NCBI RefSeq assembly: GCF_000148385.1 | Contig: NC_014537.1 | Coordinates: forward strand, 2,310,001 to 2,342,000 | DNA from: Vulcanisaeta distributa DSM 14429 | GTDB lineage: Archaea > Thermoproteota > Thermoprotei > Thermoproteales > Thermocladiaceae | Length of the DNA: 32,000 nt | Direction of reading: 5' to 3' | Shown: piece after piece, positions 25,660 through 32,000 of the stretch | Numbering within the stretch: position 1 is the first letter of the stretch | Layout: every line of letters starts with the position of its first letter | Program-made: the position numbers and the translations under genes | The notes under the pieces: generated by a model | Database searches by the model: none | Told to the model about the DNA's origin: nothing | The model's input: the letters and a program-made list of their open reading frames with translations, nothing else

Positions 25660-26579
25660 AGATTTCGCCTAAACCAATCAATGGTGGCTCTTAATCCACT
25701 TACTAAGTCATATTTAGGTTTAAAGCCGAGGATCCTCATGGCCTTGCTAACGTCTGGGTAACTCCTAAATGGCTCGGAGGTCCTTGGTTGCACATTAATT
25801 TTGGAATTCGAACCAACTAGCTTAACTATTATTCTGGCTAAATCTAGTATTGATGTCTCAACGCCGAGCCCGATATTGAAGGCTTGACCGACCGCATCAT
25901 CCTTCCTAAGTGCTAGTTCCGTGGCATCACATAAATCCTCAACATAGAGGAAATCCGTGGTATCAACACCACCATTATTAACTACCAGGTCCTCATTTTT
26001 TAATGCCCTCGTTATGAATATTCCGACAACGCCATTATCATGAGGGCCATAGGGCTTCCACAGCCTAAATATCGTTACTGGAACCTTATGAACAACGTGA
26101 TAGGACATCGATACGGCCTCGGCAGCGACCTTACTCCAACCATACCCCTCGAAGGGCCTTAATGGGTCATCCTCAGTGACGGGCAATTTAGTGGGCTTAC
26201 CGTAAACGTTAGATGTTGAGTAAAGTAGGAACCTGGCATTTAGTATCCTTGCGAGCTCAAGCATGTTTATTGTACCAACAACATTTACATCAAGGCCCTT
26301 AAGGGCGCCCGCGTTCGTGAATGACCTTGGGTTCGGGTATGCTGCCAAGTGGACAATTGCGTCAAACCCCTCTTTAGAAAGCCCAATAACATCATCTCGC
26401 CTTGTTATATCGATTATGTAGTCCGTAGTCTCCGCCTTAACAATATCGAGACCCCTCGCGTCATGGCCCTTAGACCTCATGCAATTAACTATGTTCCTCC
26501 CTAGGAATCCTGAGGAACCTGTCACTAATATTTTCATCAAGATCATCGATTGCGAAGTTACCTTATAATAATTACCCAC
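25656..26579 (-). CDS. NAD-dependent nucleotide-sugar epimerase/dehydratase (extended SDR)
   Basis: The Rossmann motif is ILVTGSSGFLGRN and the catalytic motif is YGWSK. The start may be Met15 (26537). Confidence 0.88.
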   Translation of the reverse strand: MGNYYKVTSQSMILMKILVTGSSGFLGRNIVNCMRSKGHDARGLDIVKAETTDYIIDITRRDDVIGLSKEGFDAIVHLAAYPNPRSFTNAGALKGLDVNVVGTINMLELARILNARFLLYSTSNVYGKPTKLPVTEDDPLRPFEGYGWSKVAAEAVSMSYHVVHKVPVTIFRLWKPYGPHDNGVVGIFITRALKNEDLVVNNGGVDTTDFLYVEDLCDATELALRKDDAVGQAFNIGLGVETSILDLARIIVKLVGSNSKINVQPRTSEPFRSYPDVSKAMRILGFKPKYDLVSGLRATIDWFRRNL

Positions 26580-26585
26580 CGGGAC

Positions 26586-27656
26586 TTACTTATCCTCGTT
26601 CGTGAGCCTCTTTATTTCATTGATAATGAGTCCCGTTGGGTCCTCCATTCTACTTAGTACTGAGCTTGTATCAACATGTGTTGTGTCTGATTTAAGAATT
26701 GAATCAAGCACCGTTAGGCAATCCTCATCAACGCACCTATAAAGCGGTAATCCCTTACTCATTAGGTAATCATCTATGTAGTAATGCTGTGGGAAGTAGC
26801 TAATGGCTGGCGTACCCAGCAACGCTGCTTCATGAGCCATTGTTGAGCCGCCTGTGATCACGAGCCTTGCATGCCACGATAAGTCAAGGCCGTCTAGCTT
26901 CATGTTCCTCGGTATTATCAACTTACCAAGCTTAAGGAAAAGGCCAAGCTCGGACTTTATTAACTCCTCCTGGTACGGGTATCTTGGGAACATAACCACG
27001 TAATAACCATCCTCAAGCACTTTCCTCGCCATTCTAATTAATATCCGCGATTTATCCCCGTAGCCGTAATAAGATGCCCTGGACTCCTCAAACCTAATGA
27101 CGACAAACTCCCTACTCTTAAGCCCAAGCTTATTAATAGAGTCACCGCTCGGCTTGAATCTATTAATCCACATGAGTTCAAAGATGCCATCAAAGGTCCT
27201 AACCTTATCAATCTCAGCACTGGGTATATAACGGCCCCACTCACTCATTGGTATAGCCGATGGTGCTATCACGGTATTCGCTAACGGCAGTGTTAGTTTA
27301 TTAACGAAGTACGAGTGAGCCGTATCCGTCAATGCTATTATTGGCTTACCAAGACCAAAGGCAACCCTAATCGCGTCTGGTGATGTCAATGATACGTGAA
27401 CATCGAAATCCCTAACCACATCAAGCAATGCTAGTTGCCTCTCAATGCCCCTTAGCAACTTCTCCCTGGGACTCTCGCCATGGTAACCAACACACTCATA
27501 ATGCAGGTTAAACATGTCTAGGACCTCCTCAACATAATCGTACTTCCTGCACGTTATCATGAAATTTATATTATTCCTTCTACCCTCCATGCTCAATACT
27601 GCGGCAATCCTTGCCTGCTTAGCCGTTAATGCGTCGAACCATGCCTTAATAACCAT
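26586..27656 (-). CDS. DUF354-like protein (GT-B / UDP-GlcNAc 2-epimerase-like fold)
   Basis: The N-terminal KAWFDALTAKQ resembles the DUF354 start. The C-terminal GGSTMAHEAALLGTPAISY is a typical GT-B nucleotide-sugar-binding segment. It sits in the glycosylation operon. Confidence 0.6.
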   Translation of the reverse strand: MVIKAWFDALTAKQARIAAVLSMEGRRNNINFMITCRKYDYVEEVLDMFNLHYECVGYHGESPREKLLRGIERQLALLDVVRDFDVHVSLTSPDAIRVAFGLGKPIIALTDTAHSYFVNKLTLPLANTVIAPSAIPMSEWGRYIPSAEIDKVRTFDGIFELMWINRFKPSGDSINKLGLKSREFVVIRFEESRASYYGYGDKSRILIRMARKVLEDGYYVVMFPRYPYQEELIKSELGLFLKLGKLIIPRNMKLDGLDLSWHARLVITGGSTMAHEAALLGTPAISYFPQHYYIDDYLMSKGLPLYRCVDEDCLTVLDSILKSDTTHVDTSSVLSRMEDPTGLIINEIKRLTNEDK

Positions 27657-27714
27657 GACCTAAAGACATAGTTTATAGGCTTATTTTAATTTTAATGCAG
27701 ATTGCTTTGATAAC

Positions 27715-27876
27715 TTATCCTTTAACACGCATAGTAATTGGTGTCTTACTTAATGGACTTAAACAGACAGGGCATCTATAGCCCCACTGCCTAAGTACCT
27801 CATCAACACTCTTAAGCTGCTGGTCATTGTAAAACACAAAGCCGCATGAATGGCACTTAATTATTATCGGCATCAT
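27715..27876 (-). CDS. Small zinc-ribbon protein (53 aa), not in the supplied ORF track
   Basis: Hand translation gives MMPIIIKCHSCGFVFYNDQQLKSVDEVLRQWGYRCPVCLSPLSKTPITMRVKG*. It carries a CxxC-N22-CxxC pattern. The A/T box TTTATAAAATA (minus strand, within 27890-27904) lies about 20-28 nt upstream of the ATG. It is co-oriented with the glycosylation operon. Confidence 0.6.
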   Translation of the reverse strand: MMPIIIKCHSCGFVFYNDQQLKSVDEVLRQWGYRCPVCLSPLSKTPITMRVKG

Positions 27877-28000
27877 AAGTCCCCATAGTGATTATTTTAT
27901 AAAGATTACCGTCATTATACGCATTATATTACCGAAATTCTACAGGTAATATATTAAGTAATATGTATGGAATACCTAATCACTAGGTCTAATCAAGCAA

Positions 28001-28600
28001 TTACTCATGAATACTCATTGCAAGGCCGGTATACGCGTAAACCAGACCGTCAAGCTCATCCAATGTTAAGTATGGATACCTAGACCTAAACACATCCTTC
28101 TTTCCATAGGCCACATCTTCATTAATCACCTTAACCCTAATACCAACATCATTTATTAATTCCAGGAAATCCCTAACAAGTTCCGAAACACCGGGGCTAA
28201 TGCCAATTATTAAGTTAATACTTGTGCGCCTAGCCAACCTCCTTATCATCCTAATGAGCTTTACGAAGCTAAGCGTTACGTGAATTAACGGTGTATCGTT
28301 ATTAAGTATGATGGCACCACACCTGGAATTACCAATATCAACTCCAATATTTAATTCATTAAGGCCTAGCCCATTAATCACGGCCTCAATCATGCCATCA
28401 ATACTTGAATCACTTAACACCAGGACTCTAGGGCAATTAACTAAGTCTGCCATATACTTCTCAACAATTACGAGGTCAAGTCCCTGGCAATCATCCTCAT
28501 TACTCACGTACCTTAAAGCCACGTGTTCAGGAAAGACCAGCTTCCTAAGTAGGTTCCATGTGGATGACCTACCCGCAAAGCCGAGTTTAATGCCATCCAC
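28001..28600 (-). CDS. Hypothetical protein whose C-terminal half resembles an RNase H-fold YqgF/RuvX-like nuclease domain
   Basis: The start is GTG. By eye, NIGVDIGNSRCGAIILNN resembles LGLDVG..RIGVA, followed by LIIGISPG, VKVINEDVAYGK and the distal LDELDGLVYAY. The N-terminal 80 aa or so are unassigned. The family assignment has low confidence. Confidence 0.45.
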   Translation of the reverse strand: MDGIKLGFAGRSSTWNLLRKLVFPEHVALRYVSNEDDCQGLDLVIVEKYMADLVNCPRVLVLSDSSIDGMIEAVINGLGLNELNIGVDIGNSRCGAIILNNDTPLIHVTLSFVKLIRMIRRLARRTSINLIIGISPGVSELVRDFLELINDVGIRVKVINEDVAYGKKDVFRSRYPYLTLDELDGLVYAYTGLAMSIHE

Positions 28601-28623
28601 TGAGCTAGTGTGAAACTAAAGAC

Positions 28624-28632
28624 ATTATAAAT
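28624..28632. promoter_or_regulatory. Single central A/T box (ATTATAAAT) in the 53-bp divergent spacer
   Basis: It lies at -30..-22 from the ATG at 28654 and at -24..-32 from the GTG at 28600. Confidence 0.45.
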
Positions 28633-28653
28633 CTTACATGTGGTAATAGGTGT

Positions 28654-29607
28654 ATGGAAGTGGTGCCAATCGCTGAGGAGAGCCTTGGTGTAAGGTCAAT
28701 GGCCATTTTCGTAAGAACGAAGGACCTATCAATGCTACTAGATCCAGGGATTAGCCTATCACCAAATAGGTATGGTTTGCCGCCCCATCCTCGTGAAATA
28801 GAGAGGGTTAATGCGCTGAGGAGGGCCCTCGAGAAATACGCTGAGGAAGCCAACTATGTGTTCATTAGTCATTATCATAGGGATCACTTCACGGTACCAT
28901 ACCCAAGCATTTACATGGGGACTAATAATGAGAGTTATAGGAAGATATACAGTGGTAAGGTATTGTTCATGAAATCGCCTGATGACGAGAATTGGAGCCA
29001 GAGGAGGCGTTATTACGGGTTGAGAAAGGCCATTGAGGGTATTGTGAAGGACCTGGTATTCGCTGATGGTAAGGAATTCGCTATAGGATCTACGAGGCTC
29101 GTAGTATCACGGTCACTGCCGCATGGCGAGGATAACGCGAGGACTGGTAGGGTGATAGCAATTACGATAATAGATGGTGATGAGTCGTTGATGTTCATGC
29201 CGGATGTTGAGGGGCCAGTATCGCAATTAGCCGTTGACTACGTAATGAGTATGAAACCACAGATATTAATAGTTGGTGGACCACCCCTGTACCTATCGAG
29301 GAGAGGATTCGGTGAGGAATACTTCAGTAATGCCTTAAGAAACCTTACGGCAATCCTAAGGGCTGGTTTCCTTAATAAGTTAGTCATAGCCCACCACACA
29401 TTGAGGGACTTAAATTGGAGGAATGCGTTAAAGGCGTTATTTGAGGAGGCAGGTAGGTTAGGAATATCAATAACGACATACGCGGGGCTACTTAACCGTG
29501 AGGACGAGCTGCTTGAGGCAATGAGGAAGGACTTATACGCGAGGGAGCCACCACCTAAGGATTATCTTGAGCAGTTTAGGAGGGTTAAGGATGAGGGTGA
29601 GGATTAG
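28654..29607 (+). CDS. Metallo-beta-lactamase-fold protein (archaeal UPF0282-like)
   Basis: An intact HxHxDH motif is present (SHYHRDHF). The N-terminal [13 protein letters not shown]...LLDPG beta-strands and a later MPDVEGP are typical of the MBL fold. Confidence 0.65.
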   Translation: MEVVPIAEESLGVRSMAIFVRTKDLSMLLDPGISLSPNRYGLPPHPREIERVNALRRALEKYAEEANYVFISHYHRDHFTVPYPSIYMGTNNESYRKIYSGKVLFMKSPDDENWSQRRRYYGLRKAIEGIVKDLVFADGKEFAIGSTRLVVSRSLPHGEDNARTGRVIAITIIDGDESLMFMPDVEGPVSQLAVDYVMSMKPQILIVGGPPLYLSRRGFGEEYFSNALRNLTAILRAGFLNKLVIAHHTLRDLNWRNALKALFEEAGRLGISITTYAGLLNREDELLEAMRKDLYAREPPPKDYLEQFRRVKDEGED

Positions 29608-29792
29608 CGAATCCTGACCTTATTAACCTTCTTATTCTGCCATGAATAACGCCTAATCCTCTTCGACCTGCCCCAGCCACAGGCCGCGCAATAGCCTTTA
29701 ACTGGGTTGTAGGCGTGCCTACCGCATCTTGGGCATCTAATGTGCGTCCAGCCCTTATTCATCTTACCGAAGCTTGGCGTACCCTTTACCAT
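29604..29792 (-). CDS. rpl37e: 50S ribosomal protein L37e
   Basis: The sequence [51 protein letters not shown] matches the L37e zinc-ribbon sequence pattern. The A/T box lies at -31..-24. Confidence 0.93.
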   Translation of the reverse strand: MVKGTPSFGKMNKGWTHIRCPRCGRHAYNPVKGYCAACGWGRSKRIRRYSWQNKKVNKVRIR

Positions 29793-29944
29793 ATCGAGTC
29801 ATGATAATTCCAGTGGTTTTTAACTTTTGCCACTACTGACTTTTTAATCAATAATCGATGCGATGCTTAAGTGCTATAAAGTCATGGTTAATACGTTATA
29901 AAATACCAATTGTATGTGGTGATTGAGAAGCAGGATTAATGAAT

Positions 29945-29968
29945 GGTAAGGGTAAGGAATAGGTAAGG
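29945..29968 (+). repeat. Three closely spaced GGTAAGG copies within a G/T-rich tract upstream of the CoA-transferase promoter
   Basis: Read as ggtaagggtaaggaataggtaagg, with copies at 29945, 29951 and 29962. It is followed by gtgaattaagtgaggtgtaggttgaggt. Confidence 0.5.
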
Positions 29969-30053
29969 AGTGAATTAAGTGAGGTGTAGGTTGAGGTTAC
30001 GACCTAGTTAAGTCCTAAAGTCTAAATAAGGAGTAAATGTGTAATCCCTTAGT

Positions 30054-31157
30054 ATGGGTAAACTCCCACTTGAGGGTATTGAGGTAATTGATTTAACGCA
30101 CTCTGCCGCAGGTCCTTTCGCAACGTCAATACTCGGCGACTTAGGTGCCGAGGTTATTAAGGTCGAGTCGCCTGAGGGTGACATGACTAGGACATGGGGC
30201 CACGTGATTAGGGATAACGTTAGTACGTATTACCTGGCTATGAATAGGAATAAGCACGTGGTTAGACTTGACCTAAAGAATGTGGATGATAGGAATAGGC
30301 TTTATGAGATGGTTAAGAGCGCTGACGTGCTTATTGAGAATTATAGGCCTGGCGTTGCCGAGAGACTCGGCGTTGATTATGGCTCGGTGAGTAAGATCAA
30401 TCCGAGGATTATTTATGTGTCAATTAAGGGCTTCATGCCCGGCAGTGAGTATGAGGATTACCCTGCCTTTGATGTCGTTATTCAGGGCATGAGTGGTTTA
30501 ATGAGTGTCACGGGTTGTGAGGATGGGACTTTTGTTAAGGTTGGTGTTCCAATAACTGACATGGTGACTGGCTTCTTCTCGGTAATAGCAATACTATCTG
30601 CGCTCAGAATTAGGGATAGGGAGGGTAAGGGCGTTAGGATTACCGTACCAATGCTGGATTCGGCTCTATACGTAATGGGTATACACATCCTTTATTACCT
30701 CTTCACGGGCAATGTGCCAAGGCCGTTGGGCACTAAGTATATGAGTGTTGTTGCTCCTTACCAGGGCTTCAGGGCTAGGGATGGTAAGATGTTCATACTC
30801 GCCGTGGGTAATGACAGGATATGGAGGAAATTCTGTGAGGTCATTGGTAAGCCTGAATTAGCGGATGATCCTAGGTTTAGGACTAATCCTGACAGGGTTA
30901 GGAATCAGGATGAACTTGAGAAGATATTGCAGGAAATATTCCTTACCAAGGATAGGGATTACTGGGTAAACTTATTCCTAAGTAATGGAATACCCGCTGG
31001 GCCTGTTTACGACATGGCTGATATAGCAAAAGATCCCTATGTAAGTAAGTACGTATTAACTGAGATAAACCATCCTGAATTAGGCGCTGTAAAGCTTGTT
31101 AGGAATCCCATCAGGTTTAATGATGAATCCATAGGCATTAGGCTCCTTGAGTATTAA
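30054..31157 (+). CDS. Family III CoA-transferase (CaiB/BaiF/Frc type)
   Basis: The N-terminal LEGIEVIDLTHSAAGPFATSILGDLGAEVIKVESPEGD is the family III signature. A catalytic-Asp region follows in YPAFDVVIQGMSGLMSVTG. Confidence 0.9.
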   Translation: MGKLPLEGIEVIDLTHSAAGPFATSILGDLGAEVIKVESPEGDMTRTWGHVIRDNVSTYYLAMNRNKHVVRLDLKNVDDRNRLYEMVKSADVLIENYRPGVAERLGVDYGSVSKINPRIIYVSIKGFMPGSEYEDYPAFDVVIQGMSGLMSVTGCEDGTFVKVGVPITDMVTGFFSVIAILSALRIRDREGKGVRITVPMLDSALYVMGIHILYYLFTGNVPRPLGTKYMSVVAPYQGFRARDGKMFILAVGNDRIWRKFCEVIGKPELADDPRFRTNPDRVRNQDELEKILQEIFLTKDRDYWVNLFLSNGIPAGPVYDMADIAKDPYVSKYVLTEINHPELGAVKLVRNPIRFNDESIGIRLLEY

Positions 31158-31558
31158 GTCGTGTTAATGGTCCTCTTCCAAGCATTAATAAGCTCCTCGG
31201 GGCATGGTACGGCCCTTAGCTCACCACCCTCATTACTAACGCAGGTGAATACTAGGTAACCCTCGGCAGCATTTTTACCGGATGTCTCATTGATTATCCT
31301 AAACCTGTACTTAATCGCCCTAGTCCTCGCCTCATCAAGCCACAACTCAACCACCGCGACATCACCCCTCCTTAACGGTGCCGTGTAGGTTATGAAGAGC
31401 TCCCTGCGTGGTGCAATTGAATGATAATGAAGTATACCATTCTCCCTATAAAAATCCTCCTCAGCTCGCTCAACAAGCCTTAGGAATGACGTGAAATGCG
31501 CAATACCAGCCGCATCCGTATCGACCCAATAAATATAATATCTAGCCCTAAATGGCAT
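31154..31558 (-). CDS. Hotdog-fold acyl-CoA thioesterase (4HBT/YbgC-like)
   Basis: The N-terminal YIYWVDTDAAGIAHFTSFLRLVERAEEDF carries the catalytic Asp of YbgC-type enzymes. The size is 134 aa. It overlaps the convergent CoA-transferase gene by 4 nt at their 3' ends. Confidence 0.8.
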   Translation of the reverse strand: MPFRARYYIYWVDTDAAGIAHFTSFLRLVERAEEDFYRENGILHYHSIAPRRELFITYTAPLRRGDVAVVELWLDEARTRAIKYRFRIINETSGKNAAEGYLVFTCVSNEGGELRAVPCPEELINAWKRTINTT

Positions 31559-31599
31559 TTCACGATTAGTTAAATGCCATACTTATTAAGTATTAGTTC

Positions 31600-32000
31600 A
31601 TGCAGATTAATGTGGATTGCATACCCAAGGACTTAATTAATGAGATAATTAACATGTTTAGAAATGCATATGCAATATATGTATACGGTGGTTCGCTTGA
31701 TTGCAGCGGTGGCGATATTGATATTGCGGTGTTCATGGAAGAACCACCCAGGGAAATTCCTATGATTGGGAATAATGTGGATTTACAAGTCTTTAAAAGG
31801 CCACGTAACACACTATTCTTCGTTTACGTAATTAAGACAGGCCAATTAATATATGGTAATCCATTAGACATTGACATTAATGCATCCATTAGGAATGAGT
31901 TGGAGATGGTTGATGAGAGGGAGTTCCTATTCCTCAATAGTGATGATGAGGTTGTGGTATGTAAATCCCTCAAGGAGTTAATGTTTCTCCTCGCCGCAAT
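31600..32000 (+). CDS. Minimal nucleotidyltransferase (MNT/KNTase-like) domain protein, 3' end outside the window; not in the supplied ORF track
   Basis: Hand translation from the ATG at 31600 (in-frame TAG at 31594) gives MQINVDCIPKDLINEIINMFRNAYAIYVYGGSLDCSGGDIDIAVFMEE...KSLKELMFLLAA. The frame stays open to base 32000. The pattern GGS-x5-GDIDIAV is the G[SG]-x(n)-DxD Pol-beta-type NTase signature. Confidence 0.7.
   Translation, partial: MQINVDCIPKDLINEIINMFRNAYAIYVYGGSLDCSGGDIDIAVFMEEPPREIPMIGNNVDLQVFKRPRNTLFFVYVIKTGQLIYGNPLDIDINASIRNELEMVDEREFLFLNSDDEVVVCKSLKELMFLLAA

Noticed and set aside
29808-29816. TTCCAGTGG, resembling the first half of archaeal origin-recognition-box (ORB/mini-ORB) elements.
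   Set aside because: It is a single partial copy located between the L37e A/T box and its start codon. There are no repeated or inverted ORBs, no adjacent AT-rich unwinding element and no orc1/cdc6 gene in the window.
29801-29839. Possible C/D-box sRNA (ATGATAA ... CTGA) in the L37e/CoA-transferase spacer. A similar AUGAUGA occurs on the minus strand at 1031-1040.
   Set aside because: The C box is imperfect (UGAUAA). There are no C'/D' boxes with proper 12-nt guide spacing and no terminal stem. The 1031-1040 hit has no D box downstream.
62-30688. Many 60-125-aa ORFs in the supplied track lie antisense to, or out of frame within, well-supported genes. Examples: 62..331-, 1456..1716-, 2101..2457-, 2369..2725+, 3658..3930+, 5585..5770-, 7132..7353-, 9314..9610+, 12300..12680-, 13656..13847-, 15809..16045-, 16913..17170-, 18033..18242-, 20579..20857+, 21174..21488+, 21995..22366+, 22930..23130-, 23764..23976-, 24257..24451-, 27038..27244-, 28308..28613+, 28605..28853-, 29013..29198-, 30482..30688-.
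   Set aside because: Each is fully or largely embedded in a longer ORF with clear family signatures on the other strand or frame. Their translations are low-complexity (Ser/Leu/Pro/Thr-rich) and lack motifs or plausible promoters. They are shadow ORFs.
1-32000. Search by eye for tRNA/rRNA genes, CRISPR repeats, IS elements with terminal inverted repeats, integrases and long intra-window DNA duplications.
   Set aside because: None was found. Intergenic space is too short for rRNA. There are no T-arm/acceptor-like GTTCGAATC-type motifs outside CDSs, no regularly spaced 24-37-bp repeats, and no transposase or integrase motifs. A by-eye scan cannot exclude short or degenerate elements.

Overview
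This window looks like archaeal chromosome of crenarchaeal (Thermoproteales-like) type. Supporting signs are r-protein L37e, an archaeal-type GluRS, an Arch_ATPase/DUF234 gene, an AglH-like GT4 gene, and A/T boxes about 22-31 nt upstream of start codons, which implies mostly leaderless mRNAs. Coding DNA is mid-40s % G+C by hand counts and the spacers are very AT-rich. About 35 genes are packed on both strands. I saw no rRNA, tRNA, CRISPR array or recognisable IS/transposase.

Core content:
- All four steps of histidine utilisation are present (hutU, hutH, hutI and an arginase-fold hutG candidate). They are scattered as separate transcription units over about 22 kb, next to an APC permease.
- Housekeeping genes: Fe/Mn SOD, DHPS, RpiA, GluRS, L37e.
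- A PLP-enzyme group: threonine dehydratase-like, class I aminotransferase, threonine synthase.
- A minus-strand glycosylation operon (GT4 phosphotransferase, NAD epimerase, DUF354) headed by a 53-aa zinc-ribbon ORF that the ORF track does not list.
- A family III CoA-transferase and a hotdog thioesterase.

Accessory or unusual content:
- Two diverged paralogues of a retropepsin-like protein, both with Asn at the expected catalytic Asp. Each follows a G/T-rich, repeat-bearing leader that is also open as a small ORF overlapping the gene, with the gene in the +1 frame.
- A roughly 1.8-kb low-GC islet encoding a 423-aa protein with a two-motif LAGLIDADG-like C-terminal core behind an unknown N-terminal extension of about 215 aa, plus a 105-aa orphan.
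- A vapBC pair.
- A divergent pair consisting of a YqgF/RuvX-like protein and an MBL-fold protein.
- A minimal nucleotidyltransferase ORF, also absent from the track, running off the 3' edge.

All functional calls rest on by-eye motif recognition. No database search was possible.
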